Shown: positions 48,381 through 60,625 of the stretch, piece after piece
Position numbering within the stretch: the first letter of the stretch is position 1
Layout of the letters: the number at the start of each line of letters is the position of its first letter
Assembly (NCBI GenBank): GCA_038496445.1
Contig: JALMLS010000332.1
Location: forward strand, 1-64,000
Direction of reading: 5' to 3'
Source of the DNA: Trichosphaerium sp. ATCC 40318
Lineage: Eukaryota; Protista; Tubulinea
DNA length: 64,000 nucleotides
The notes under the pieces: model-generated
What the model was told of the DNA's origin: nothing
The model's input: the letters and a program-made list of their open reading frames with translations, nothing else
The model's database searches: none
Program-made: the position numbers and the translations under genes

Positions 48381-51163
48381 TTATTTTTGTTTCTTCAACA
48401 AACTTTGTTTCCATACTTTTCTAGGTATTACAGTACCCTTCTCCATATTTTTTAAATGAGGGATACCTTGGTACCAATCCATATATCCCATAGGCATAGT
48501 AGGTATTACATCTGGAAGTCGCTCTAAAAGACGTTTTTCACTTTCAATAGGTAAATATAGATAAATAAGAGTTGCTTCACTGTCGGCTGCCCAGCCGTAT
48601 CCAGGATTTCCATAAATCACATCTGTATATTTTATTCGCATAATAGCAAGTACGTCACTGTTCATTACACCTTTTCCATAAGGTAGGACAGGTGTACTTT
48701 GCTTATTGATCTCAGATTTTAATGCTTTTGAAAGCTCATTATCTTTGTTCAATAACAGCATAAGTTCAGCTCCATTTGGCATTATTGGTTCCATTTCAGA
48801 CAAGAATACTTTATATCCATCAAATGTGTTGTTTTCTTTTCTCTTTGCATATTCTGTTTCTATCTTTGAAGTTCGAACAAGTGCTAAGTGGAAGTAAGAA
48901 AATGAAACGTTCTTATTTTTTTCTGATTTTTTTACCCCTCTTTGGGCTTTTCTTACGTACATTCTTCTGGGATATCAATGTAATTTAGTAGTGGATCAGC
49001 TATACCAAATCCTCTTCTTGAGTACTTATAAAGTCTGTGTATAAATGCATCTCCTTCTCTAAGAGACATTCTAAATGATGATGCCAAGTTCAATCCGGTA
49101 TTGTATGCTTGAAGAGCTCTTGGCGAAACCCATACTTTATTACCATCAAACCCAGCTGATGTGACATCAATATCAGCTGTTAAAATAATCTCTTCCTTAC
49201 AATGAAACTTTCTACACGCAAAGAATTAGAACAAGATGAAAACAACTTAAAACGTTGCGTGTTTTTCAGAAGAAAAAAAAAGAACATCATAATACCCTAG
49301 TATTATTTGAATATGTCGTCTTGGATATCCAAAAACAAATGTAACAGTATAAGGTGTTCTTGTGACAATCACATTTTTATCTCTAGCTTTAAAGAATCTG
49401 TAGATTTCTACAATCTAAACAAAAACAAGTAAGCTTTCACTTAACAGATTCCAAAGTAGTGTAAAAAAAAAGCGATTGAAGACACAGTGTTGTCGCACAG
49501 TTTTGTTTGTGTTTGTGTACCTTCTTTTTTATTTCCTCACTCTTCATACCATATAAATACATATCGATATCAGCATGAGCATAATTTTTATCATAGTAAT
49601 CACGTAGTGCTTGCTTTATAAGTGGTTTGCCTTTATCATCTTTATGCTCACTTAAACAAGCTGCTATACATCCACCAATGATAATAGTATTGTTCCACTC
49701 TTAGCATCCAAGTTAGTGAATGTATTGAGAATAATAAATAGGGTAAATTCATGACACAAGAGGATCATTGACTCCAAGAACAAAAAAAATGGTAAATATT
49801 TTCCAAAGCTTTTTTCAAAAGCAATCGTACTGAATCCACGCCATGAGTGCCCAGTGAAGTTAATAAACTGCCTCAAGAAAGTAGGTCTATCAACAATGGA
49901 ATAATCACCAATTTTTGGTGTATTTGTTGGCTCCGCAAATACCTTAAACCCACAATTCTAAATTTGCATGTTAAACTAAATAATAATAATAAACGAAAAA
50001 GCAAACTGCTTTTTTCGTCTTCCTTGGTAGTACAGAAAGTGAAAAACATAAAATGTATAAGCACTAACCTCAGCACCTGATATACCAACAACCTTAAATA
50101 TTTGTCTTTTATCAAACGCAGAAATCAAACCACCCATACAAAGATACTCTTTTGATAAACAACTCAAATACTTTTGTTGACAATTCTCCATAACTTGGCA
50201 TACTTGTCCTCTTGATGTCTTTGTTTTATCTAAAGAAGCTAGTTTCCTCCAAGCCAATATATCATAAGGAGGTAACCCTTCCATGATATGGTAAAAAGCA
50301 TCAGTCTCTAATTCCTGTAATTTTCTTATTTCTTCGAGTCCTTCTTTTGATGTTGTATAGTACTTTGATATACTCTTTGAAGCAATTTGAACAAGAGATA
50401 ATACTCCCGTACGTTTCTATAATGAACATTAAAACAAACTTGCCCATGATAAGTAAACGCGTGAATACTTTTAAATAAGAAAAAAAGGAGAAAAAAAAAG
50501 GTTGATAATTCATCGTGTACTTTTTCTCTTGTGTCAAACAACATAGCCAAACCGTTATGTAACCTTGCTTCTGCAATATCTAGCGGTGTTTCTTCATGAA
50601 TATCTTTTGTGAGTCTCGCACCACTATCAAGCAAAAGACGAGCACATTCCACTTTATTGCCAAACGCTGCATAGTGTAGAGGCGTTCTTCCGTTAGCGTC
50701 ATACAGAGTAATACAATCAGGGTCTAGATAATTCCATTAGAAAGAGTAATTGACAAGACGAAGAAAACTTCATAACTGAATTGAAAATTGTTTGAAATTT
50801 TCGTTTTACTGCCGACAACGCTTGTGAAATGTACCTGCTTTGATTACAGCTTCTAGTAGAGCTTTACTTCCGTGCAATACGGCATAATGAGCTGCTCCTG
50901 GTAAAGCTGACAGCTGTTTTCGCCTACAAGTTGCTAAAACACCTATAATAAGCCTTGCCTACGCGTTTTGATCAGAAAAATACCGTTTACAGGAGGTAGA
51001 TGTTAAAACTACGAATAATCGTTACCTTTGGTGCTGAGGTCATCCAACCTTCAGTATACGGGTTTGGAGGGTTAACGTAATACTGTGAAGCTGCTAACTC
51101 CTTAGGTTTCGTTTCTATAAGCTCTATAGCCTCTTTCACGGTATATTTTCCGTTTACTTTCAT
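48381..51163 (-). CDS. Ankyrin-repeat protein with Pol-beta-like nucleotidyltransferase domain
   Basis: ANK GRTPLHYAAFG, ETPLDIA. NTase-like FINFTG...WNNTIIIGGCIAACL, ADIDMYLYG, RRHIQIIL, ADIDVTSAGFDGNKVW, RLYKYSRRGF. Confidence 0.75.
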
Positions 51164-51570
51164 CGCTGATCAAACGCTGCGCTTTTGAACGCGGTTTCAA
51201 GCCTTCAAAATAAGTTTCAAGCGATTTGGGTTTCTCACTTCACTTAACCACGTACTCACAGTTGAGGCTAGACAACATCACGTTATAGTATGTGTGAACT
51301 GATTTTGATCGTTTGACATACTTGTATGTATTCGTGGTTGACCAGTAATCCATGGATTTTAGCTGAGATTTGGACCAATTCACTGATTTAACGGAGGAAA
51401 AACATTTGAATACCTCAGGTACAATACAAAAAAAGCGCTCTTACTTACACTTACATTACTGTTTGCTACTCAATTCTTTGGTTTTCGTTATAACGATTGT
51501 TCCGTACAATTGCTCAATCTGTATTTGGACAGTAAGTCTTTTTTTTCTAGAAAAAACCCAATTTAAACGG

Positions 51571-52828
51571 ATGAAACTGCTTCTCTGTTTGGTACTATGC
51601 GTCGCTATTGCAGCAGCAATTAGCTTGCACAACATGTACGCGATTGCGTATACTTACAGCCTCCTTACGTAGCCTCTAGTGGTTTGCAACAAAACGATGA
51701 AGAAACCAGATACCGCTCAGAGTTCAAGAAATGGTGTTCTAAACACTCCAAGAGCTACAGTAAGATAGTTTCGTTGGAATTTACGCATACTGACATGTAT
51801 TCAGACCATTATGAGTATAAACAGCGCTACAGCATCTTCAAGGATAATATGAAGTTCGTAGAGGGTCATGACCATGAATCAAAGGGCTTTAAAGTATCTT
51901 TGAACTTCTGGGCTGACCTCACAGGAGAAGAGTTTCGTGGCATCTACAACGGTTTTAAACACCCTGAAAACGCTTTTACGAACTTGAAAACGACAGGAAA
52001 TGTATCTGATGATCTTCCAGTTGGTACGTTGAATGTCACTTTGTCATCTGACGTAAAACCAATAGGAGTTCCGTCAAGTATTAATTGGCGTAAAAGAGGT
52101 GCTGTCGTCCATGTAAAGAACCAAGGACAATGTGGTTCTTGTTGGTCCTTCTCCACTACTGGCTCAGTCGAAGGTGCTCATTATATTGCCACTGGTAACT
52201 TAGTAAGCTTGTCTGAACAAAATCTTATCGATTGCTCTTCTTCCTATGGTAACCATGGCTGCAATGGAGGGTATGGTTTTTTTTTTGTCGCTTAACACGT
52301 TTTTTTTTGTTAATGGTTTAAATCAGGCTCATGGACAACGCGTTCAGATACATCATTAATAACCGTGGTATCGATACTGAAGCTTCTTATTCTTATCAGG
52401 CCAAGCAAGGGTTTTTCTGCAAATTCAGACGCAACAAAGTTGGTGCTAGCATTGTTGACTACAAAGATATTCAGAGCGGTGACGAACATGCTCTCTTGAA
52501 GGCTACTACACTTGGCCCTGTCTCTGTTGCAATTGATGCTTCTCATCAAAGCTTCCAATTTTACTCCAGCGGTGTCTATTACGAACCACAATGCTCTCAA
52601 ACCAGATTAGGTATACCATTGTTATTGGCAAGTTGAATTTTTTGACGCTTTCGTTTAGATCATGGTGTTCTAGTTGCAGGATACGGTGGAGCTACTACTC
52701 CTTACTGGTATGTCAAAAACAGCTGGGGTCCAAACTGGGGTCAACAAGGTTACATTTACATGTCTCGTAACAGACACAACAACTGTGGTATTGCTACATC
52801 GGCCTCTTTTCCTATTGTGAAAAATTAA
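51571..52828 (+). CDS. Cathepsin L-like papain-family (C1A) cysteine protease
   Basis: Signal peptide, I29 prodomain, [48 protein letters not shown]. Confidence 0.98.
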
Positions 52829-53167
52829 ATGAAATATCATTTTTGTTCTTCTTTCTTTCCTCTTGTCCAACAAACACCAAGCGCAAGGATGTAGTCTTTA
52901 ATGACGTCATTTGTAAGCTATAGCCACCTTTAAAAGTACAAAACACGGCCCTCAAACGACGTTTGTCTGCATTGCGTGACGAACAAAAATCACATGATTT
53001 AAACCACTCCTAAAAGTACTTATATCTTTTCTACATTATGTTGCTATTGCCAGCAACAGGCACAACTGTACTACAAACTGAAAAAAACATGAATTAACGT
53101 TAATTTTTCTTTAATTTATTGAAAAGGCGTTATGAGTTTGTTTTAATGTACAGTACGCGTGGGTTTT

Positions 53168-53616
53168 TTATACAGTTGAGTCTGGGAGCTGTATGTCAAG
53201 TGACTTCACGAGGTTATTTAGTCTTTCGTCATCAATTCCACCAAAAATATCCTCTGCTATGTCTGGACGTACGCTTGAGTCTGGAATAGGTCCAAACTTT
53301 TTTTCGTAGATTTGCTTGTAGATTTCTTTCTTTTCTGTATTTTATGAGCTCTTTGAGGTGTTTACACCATGATATACTTACCTTCTTCAGTATACTCCCT
53401 AATTACTGGTACGCGGCGAGGAGCCTCCAGTTTCTCTACAAATAAGTTAAAACGCGGCGTTTAAGCGTATTCTATGATGCCGTACGATAAGGACTCGGTT
53501 TCACGACTTTTGCGTCCTGTCAAACGTCATTAGAGGATCCAATGCTATTGAAAAGCAAAACATACGTTTGTTACGTGGTGATACCACTTAATTGCGTAGG
53601 CTAGAACTGCTGCCAT
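53168..53616 (-). CDS. Small hypothetical multi-exon protein
   Basis: Short exons with GT-AG introns ending KKEIYKQIYEKKFGPIPD...LPDSTV*. Confidence 0.5.
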
Positions 53617-53687
53617 TGTACAAGAATCATCTCAACGATTAAAAAAAAAATCACGCAAAAAATAGCAACAAAAAAGTCGTAAATATT

Positions 53688-55800
53688 CTACAAGTAATAA
53701 TCAGTCCTATCTCCTTTCGCAAATTCTACTGCTCTAACAATTGATTCATATACCCCAAGAACGCCGATAACCACTGAATACAATATAAGCAATATAGCTG
53801 GACCTTTTTTCCATAAAGGAATCATAAAGTAATAGAGATTACCCCACGTCAATGGACTATTAAATAATTATACCAATAAGAAAGAACAACGTACAGTCTT
53901 CCTGGAGCAGGCTCTAGTGGATCATGCTCATTGATACCGTTACTACTATCCTAAATATACGTTTTAAGCCTTGCAATAAATCACGTGATTTTGCATACCT
54001 TAACACGTCTCACTGAAAGGTACAAGTAAAAAAGAGCAGGGTAAATAAATTCAACCAGAACGCCTCCCTATCTCTTGTTGATTAGTTTATGTATCAGAAT
54101 ATTTCGCTTTGAGGTATTCGTACAGTTGATCCTGTGAAACTAAATACAATGTCTATAGGCGCATACATACCAATGGTGCATGATACAGCAATAATAAATC
54201 CTGATTCAAAAAATATTCTCATAGGTGTTGCTGGCTGTTTTAAAGGAAATAATAAATTGTCTACTGCTCCCCTAATGAGTAAGTTTAGTTTTGATAAACA
54301 AGATATTATGGTACCTCAATGGATAACAAATAAGTGGGTAAGAGCATATCACAAGAACAAGGTATCCCAGGCGTACAACTTTGAAGAAAATATCTTCACC
54401 TCCAGCGTTCAAATTCGTAAGAACATTGGCTATCATGGGTTAACTTTGGAGTGTATGGTTTTTTAGTACCATTGACATCTCTTCCAAACTGTAGGTATCC
54501 AAAAATGCTAATGGTCATGTACACAGAAAATGTTATAACAACAGCAATAAATACCTAAATTAAAATATTTAGATAATTTTTCAGTATCGCTAAAGTGTCG
54601 GACACTTTGCGTCTTTTTTTTCTTCACTACGAGCTTACGGATAAATTAATAAGCCCTGGCTTTGTATCACCAATTTCATTCCATATAGGGAATATCTAAA
54701 ACACGTGTTAGTCTAAAATAGAACTAGAAATAAACAAATAGTACATTAATGTGAAAAGCAAAAGCTAACAGTATAATAGGCATAGATACGAACTGGCTAA
54801 CGCCACTGAGGGCATAATCTATTTGAGGCTCTTTGATTCCACAAAGTATCTGTAAAGAACGGCAACAACTAATAGGCCTATGCCAACGAACCCAAGCTAG
54901 ACGAACTAATAAGAAAAAATCCGGATAAAGATTCATTTTTTTGGTACCAAAGATGTGAATCTTAATGAGTGTATGTGTCTAAAGTTACATAATGGGAACA
55001 ATATGAATATGCTTATCGACCACATTACTACTCTAAACATCACGGATTTTTAATAAGACCAAATAGTTAGCAATGTTCTATACAATTCGAATCAGTTTAC
55101 GGTTTTTGTTTACAAGTACCTTTCAATTACCTTACCGATAGTCTAGATGCCACCCTATTGATCTAAGAAGATATGGTGCAACTTCTCCTAATATACTTTG
55201 TTACTCACGTGCTTAACTAAATTCAGAACATACCAAAAATACGCTGGTAACCTACTACAGCACCTAACAAGAAAAGTACAAAAGTGATATCTATCTAAAA
55301 AAAAGTCTCAACAACATTTCCTTTTTTCTGATTTTCGGTTCCTTCACTCATTCGTACGATAATAGGTCCAACTCTACCAAAAACAGCTCTACTCAAAGCC
55401 TTATAAGATCTTCCTAAAAAGTCACTTAGGAACTGATGAAAACAATCTAAAGTAGTCTAATAAACCTCCTAGTATTGGCGTTGATCCACAAGCTGTCAAT
55501 AAGCTTGAGCTGTAAATAACCAAAACAGCTCCTAGTAGGATATAGAAACCACCTAATACAACACCTATCACGTGTAAGTAACACGTGACAACCATAAAAA
55601 TAGAAAATAATACCTGTACTGACGAATATGAATGGTAATGCGAGTACGCCACCGCCGATGCTTGTATTCGCGATATTTACAACACATGACAGTATACGAT
55701 GGTTCCTTTGTACTACTTCTGGTTGTGAAGTGCTACTAACATCAGAAGAACTCAATAAGTAGTTTTCTATTGTCTCTGGCCTCTCTCGGATGTTTGCCAT
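53688..55800 (-). CDS. Amino acid permease (Aa_trans / SLC38-like)
   Basis: VVNIANTSIGGGVLALPF, SYKAL, PIILLAFAFH, GYLQFG and many TM segments. Confidence 0.93.
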
Positions 55801-56459
55801 TGTCTTCGTAGTTTGAGCCAAAAAGCGAAAGAAAGTTCTTCACGTGATTTTTTGTTTTCGATTGACTTTAACGCAGTGACCCGACAGCGTGACAATTTCT
55901 TGTCCTTCCTTTATTCACGCTATACACTTCTTTCAAACAGCCACCTCAAGTTATGGTGGTAAGGGCAACAAGATTCAAAGAACCACAGCATGACAAAAAA
56001 GACCAATCCTGTAGGCACGCCGTACAACTACAGCACAACGAGGGCACTCTTACTTTGGTACTTACGACATAAAGTACGTTAGGAGACAAATGCATTGATT
56101 GTAAGACAAGCGGTCAAGACGTATTTAGATGTCACAAAAACACCAACGTGGCCTCTTTTAGACGATTGTATCAACTACGATCTTAAGCCTCGTTTATACC
56201 TAGCTGATGAAGTAAATCACGTGATATCTTTGTTGTTTCAGTCTGCTTCGTGCTTGGTTGTAGGAGGAATTGCCGACTACTCTATGGGCCCTAGCTGTAT
56301 AACTGAACAAATAACTTCAGAGTGGTGTAAAGTTCTATTTGAACAAGTTCCAATCCTCCGCTTTTTTTGCCCACGGTTTGTGCACTAAAGAAGAAATTTG
56401 GTTGACCACTTATTACATTATTTCGAAATAACAAAAGCGTGCTTCACCTATTTTGCAAA

Positions 56460-58014
56460 ATGCACGCTTTGAGTATTATATTCGTAGCGATGATATCGCT
56501 TTCTTGGTGTGGGATAATGAACTACGTAAGCCTAGAAGATAAAATGGCGGTCTGTAACGATGGATCCCAAGCAGGGTAAAAAAACAGTCATAAATCATGC
56601 TGTAAGAAAACTTTTCGACTGACTTTTTTTAGCTATTACATTGAAAAGGGAAGCGACCCAGAATACTTTGTTTTACACCTAATGGGTACTCTTTTTTTTG
56701 TTTTAGCCACGTGCGATCTTTTGTGGCCTAGTATTTTTACCAATGATTTAAGGTGGTGGTTATTGCTTTGACAACGCCAGTTGCGAGAGTAGATACAAAG
56801 GGGCACTTGCTTTGATGAGTTCAAAGCCATGGGCTTCAACCTTAGATGGTACAGGTATTTTATCGTCTAATCCATCAGAAAATCCATACTGGCATAACGC
56901 AACGCATGTTTTCGCTATGTACTGTAGTTCAGACTCTTTTTGTGGCAGTAAAACACCAGATACAGAAGGTAAAGAAAAAATATTTTTGTTTTTGTATCTC
57001 CTGTTCAAAAAGGAAAAATCACGTGACATTTATTTTGAAAAGGTTTGAGATGGTACTTTCACGGACATTATATTGTTTCAGCAATAGTGGAGGACCTGTT
57101 TAAACAGCATGGCTTGGAAAAAGCGAAACAAGTCCTATTTTCAGGAAGCAGCGCTGGCGCTGAAGGTTAGACCTAAGATATCACTAGTGCTCCCACAATT
57201 TCTTACTCTTATATCTAGGACTATTACCAAACGCAGATAGAGTAGCTAGCCTCATACCAAACGCTAAAGTTACAGTTTTCCGTAAGTTACAGGAGTAATC
57301 TATTGTTAGGAGTGTTATTAAAACTTTATTTAGTTGATTCTGGCTGGTTTATGGACTATGAGCCTTATAAACAAGGATCTTGTTCTGGATTGGGTGACTG
57401 TACAGAGTACGAAGCTATGAAACGAGCATTCCTTATATGGAACCCAGTTGTTAACAAAAGTAAGTTCTTTAGAGTTCATGAGGTTCCACTTACTTATCTT
57501 TTCTTTAGAATGCGCAGCAGCTAAACCAAGCGCTTTCCAATATGAATGTATGCTAGGACCACATGCCTACCCATTCATAGAGACGGATACTTTCGTGTTT
57601 CAGTTCAGGTACAGAATCCAACTCAGTAACTGAAGGCTAACTCTCGTTGTTAGATTTGATGCAGCCCAAATGGGACACGATGGCATTTATAAGTCACCAT
57701 CAAGTGGTCCGGAGCTGGCTTACGCTCAACAAGCTGCAAAGAACCTAACTGAAACGTACCACGAGTACGGCGCTAAGGCAGTGTTCAGGTATGCAATCAC
57801 GTGATTGTCGTTTCCTAATGAACTAATAACTTTTTTTTCAAGTCCTTCCTGCTACCACCATACAATTCTACGTAGCTCTGAATGGACAAAACTAAGCATA
57901 AACGGTAAGACACTTCCTGAGGTATTCAATGATTGGAGAACTGGTAAAGAAACGAAACCCATGTACATTGACACATGCAACACACCTGACTGTAATCCAA
58001 CATGTCCTAAATAA
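56460..58014 (+). CDS. Secreted pectin acetylesterase / Notum family esterase
   Basis: AVCNDGS.AGYY, GGGYC, NPYWHNATHVFAMYCSSD, SGSSAGAEG, DSGWFMD, SCYHH, CNPTCP. Confidence 0.93.
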
Positions 58015-58274
58015 GAAACCTTCCTTACTTCACAACACCACATCCCATATACTAGTAATGTTAGATCATGTCTATAGAATATGAGCTACGCAACCTATGC
58101 AGAATAGTTCTTGAAGCATAAGAATTGAAGACACGTTTGCATTTAGTACAACGGGTTTTTTTTTGCCTGCTTTTTTTATAGCGGTATGTTTGTAATGTAA
58201 TCGGTCATGTGGTCTTGGCATTTCAACCTAACTTCTAGAAGTTGTTCATTAATCACCCCAAACTGTTAACAACA

Positions 58275-59231
58275 ATGTCTGAAGACTCCATTTACGGCAA
58301 ACAAGATTTTTGGAGAGAGCTTGGTATTGACGAGGATGATAGACCACAATATGGGAACAGAGAACATCACCATGACAATTATAATGCTATCTCTGTAGAC
58401 GGAGATATTAAACCTCTGGGCTATTTTGTAAACATCACAGAACACCAAAACATTGGCTCGAGAAACGATAACAGTAACAGTAAATACGACAAACAAGTCC
58501 TCGATGAAATGGCGAAAGAATATTCAAAGGCCAAACACACGACGTACAATATTTTAAATATTGCCAAGATAACGCTTTGTAACAAATCAATTCGCATAGT
58601 TGACAAGATATCACCTTCGTTCAAAAAACACGTGCTCGACATTGAACAAGATAACGAAGCGATAATGGAATATTATAAGAGGAATAAAATTACACTTGTA
58701 AAGTTACCTGGAAACAGCGAGAACCTAACAGCCCTTCAAGTGACCGCACTTCATTCTTACACTGAAAAACAGTACCTAAATGTTAACGACGCGTTACTGC
58801 GCAATGAGGGCCTGAGCGAGCACGGACAGTATATCAAGATTTTGAGACGTGCTATCATCGATTCGTTTCAAAAAGATATTCCGAGCATAGTTTACAGACG
58901 ACTTGAACTTGTTGACAAGGAACTTGCAGACTACAAAGCGAATGTTGACAAGATCATTTGCATTTCTTCCTTTATGTCAACGACAAGGTACAAGAGCGAT
59001 CTGAACAAGTTTCCAGGAAATACCAACGTACATATTACACTTACAAAAAAGAGCCAAGTTGGAGTTTGTGACATGATCAAGTATTCAGCTTACCCTCTTG
59101 AAAATGAGATCTTGATTGTACCTTACACCTACTTCAAAGTGGTGTCAGTGGACAAAAATGAAATATTTCTTCACTGCTTGGACTACACATACGCAGGTAG
59201 AGCTGTAGCAAGTAAATGCGCTATTCAATAA
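58275..59231 (+). CDS. R-S-E type mono-ADP-ribosyltransferase with C-terminal CaaX, intronless
   Basis: ALHSYT...YLNVNDAL, VYRR, SSFMSTT, YSAYPLENEILI (ExE); ends KCAIQ*. Confidence 0.88.
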   Translation: MSEDSIYGKQDFWRELGIDEDDRPQYGNREHHHDNYNAISVDGDIKPLGYFVNITEHQNIGSRNDNSNSKYDKQVLDEMAKEYSKAKHTTYNILNIAKITLCNKSIRIVDKISPSFKKHVLDIEQDNEAIMEYYKRNKITLVKLPGNSENLTALQVTALHSYTEKQYLNVNDALLRNEGLSEHGQYIKILRRAIIDSFQKDIPSIVYRRLELVDKELADYKANVDKIICISSFMSTTRYKSDLNKFPGNTNVHITLTKKSQVGVCDMIKYSAYPLENEILIVPYTYFKVVSVDKNEIFLHCLDYTYAGRAVASKCAIQ

Positions 59232-59473
59232 AACCTTTGTCAAACTTTTTCTTGACACATGGTCTGCCTTGATGAACGCTAAAATAAGCCAACTGACGTT
59301 AAAGTAGTCAGCAACCATTTGGAATTGTTTCAACAGAATTGCTTTTCAAGATAGGAAGGATAATGTAGTCCGCGTGCCTTAGATCTTCCTTAGCCAAAAA
59401 AAAACTCACTTTCTTATTTTGGAGAAACTCTTCTCATATCCCGTAAATCCAATCGATTATATCTCCATACGCC

Positions 59474-60396
59474 ATGAAAAGGCAAGGATACTATCCCAAA
59501 GGCACAGAGCAAGCAAATAAGCTAGATTTGGTCATTGTAAGCTTTATATCAACATTTGAACTTCTATTCCTCGTTGCGTGCCACGCCTGGTTTTTATTCG
59601 CTGTTTTCTTGAGTTATTTGGGCGGAAACTCAGATTTCGAAGATAGACCGTATATCGTATTTTATTTGACAGTCATAGTGGCTGTTAGTGCTCTATGCTT
59701 AATGTACGTCATTTTTAGGATATTTTGACTTTACTTTTTACAAAAACGCTTCAAATCGTATACAATTTAGTCAAAAGTGCCTACATTTAGTAATTTTAGA
59801 GGTTTGAGTATTGATCAAAAAATATAACGGTTAAAGAAGCCCTTGAAACGTTAAAGTTTCGGTTTTTTGCTTTTTTTTTGGACAAAGTACTCTTATCAAA
59901 AATTTGCTCTTTGTGGCCGCTTGTGTGATTTATTTATGTTCTTAACTGACTTTCCTGTATTAGACTTAAGCAGAAGACATATGGAGAAGCAGTAATGATG
60001 CGTCAGAAGATATTAATTGGTTGTGTAGTACTTGCAATATTTTATGCAACATACTACTTTTTAAAATCTATTCTTGTTGATATTAGTGACGCTTTTAACC
60101 AGTCACGTGATGTTACATATTCTTCATTGAATCCTGGGTTAATAATATATTTACCTGTATTATCTCTGTTAATAGGTATGTACCTGAGAATCAAGAGAGA
60201 CGACCAAATGTACTTGATTATATCTTGGTTTATTTCAGTACTGTATATTGTTTTATTGGCTATACCAATGGCCGTTATTCATTCTACAGTGTTCCCAGGA
60301 GTGCCACTTATGTGGCTTGTATCACATTTTATACTTTTAGAGCCTTATCTTCTAGATAGAGCTATAAAAGCTGCAGAAAGCCGCTATGTAAGGTAA
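59474..60396 (+). CDS. Multi-pass membrane protein of unknown function
   Basis: About 6 hydrophobic segments across ORFs 59474-59728 and 59995-60396, joined by introns. Confidence 0.65.
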
Positions 60397-60625
60397 AAAC
60401 AATAAAAAAAACTTATTGTCATTGTCATTTTCAATACCGCGTGCACTAAAGATACCCTGCGTGGGGACGTAATTTATACTATCAAAGAGAGCTACTGCTA
60501 ATAGCCAGTTTGAGGAAATGTGACAAAGGTTAACCTTTGTATGTAGGCTTTACGCTCATTAAACTCATTGCCAATTGGCAAACATAAACAATGTTGTTAT
60601 AAAACTAGATACTATTTATTAATTC

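Noticed and set aside
55990-56388. Possible short spliced gene with weak SPOUT-like VVGGIAD motif
   Set aside because: Exon phases are inconsistent and the similarity is too short.
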